DNA of 47,433 bases from Marsupella aquatica (Eukaryota > Plantae > Marchantiophyta). Made by a program: the position numbers and the translations under genes. Within the stretch, counting starts at the first letter, position 1; every line of letters begins with the position of its first letter. Below are positions 47,162 through 47,433 of this stretch, piece by piece. The stretch lies in the NCBI GenBank assembly GCA_973895155.1, contig OZ316896.1, positions 23,471,067 through 23,518,499 of the forward strand, read 5' to 3'. The notes below the pieces were generated by a model, which had not been told where the DNA came from, did no database searches, and was given only the letters and a program-made list of their open reading frames with translations.

Positions 47162-47433
47162 AGGGTTAGGGCGCGTTAAGCGTCGGCGGCTAGGAAGGAT
47201 CAACGGGAAGAAGGACCGGCAGAGGAGAGGGGTAAGGAGCGCTTGCAGGAGATGGTGGCTCATTTGCGAGCACGAACTAGGCAGACGACTACGGGAGGCC
47301 AACTACTGTCAGCTGCTTAGGCAAGCACTCGGGGAGAGAGTAGATACCGACGATCAACCTAAGGAGGGTATGAGCAACCTCAATCAAGCGGCACATTTCT
47401 GGGGATGCCTGTTCGAACGGGCAACTGAGTACA
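47160..47433 (+). mobile_element. Plus-strand LTR fragment starting at LTR position about 164 (TTAGGGTTAGGG), running out of the window
   Basis: Matches 20899-21172. Confidence 0.9.

Noticed and set aside
47160-47433. Palindromic-read assembly artefact
   Set aside because: The two arms differ at diagnostic SNPs, one of which matches other copies, unlike a self-copied read; still merits a read check.

Overview
Eukaryotic, very probably land-plant DNA (bryophyte/non-seed plant is my inference) made almost entirely of nested transposons; I see no host gene. The main component is a non-chromovirus Ty3/Gypsy (Athila/Phygy-like) LTR retrotransposon. Its true LTR appears to be about 4.66 kb (TGTGATGCC...CACCACA) and contains a complete ~1207-aa ORF (N-terminal plant-TE-type domain, long coiled coil, NLS). 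The ~6.2-kb internal region has a tRNA-Asn PBS, gag-protease, a -1 frameshift cassette (GGAUUUU + pseudoknot), RT-RNaseH-integrase and a PPT. It occurs as a minus-strand LTR-int-LTR-int-LTR tandem (25395-47161), one full plus-strand LTR (20736-25394), truncated LTRs at three inverted junctions, and a diverged relic (4917-6703). The middle of the window is a degenerate spliced Mutator-like (GCM-like/DDE/SWIM) transposase gene surrounded by arrays of one palindromic motif. Two solo LTRs of other families are inserted there: one in the gene (9474-12954), which carries a distant homologue of the LTR-encoded ORF, and one in the flanking array (17688-20282). All comparisons were done by eye.
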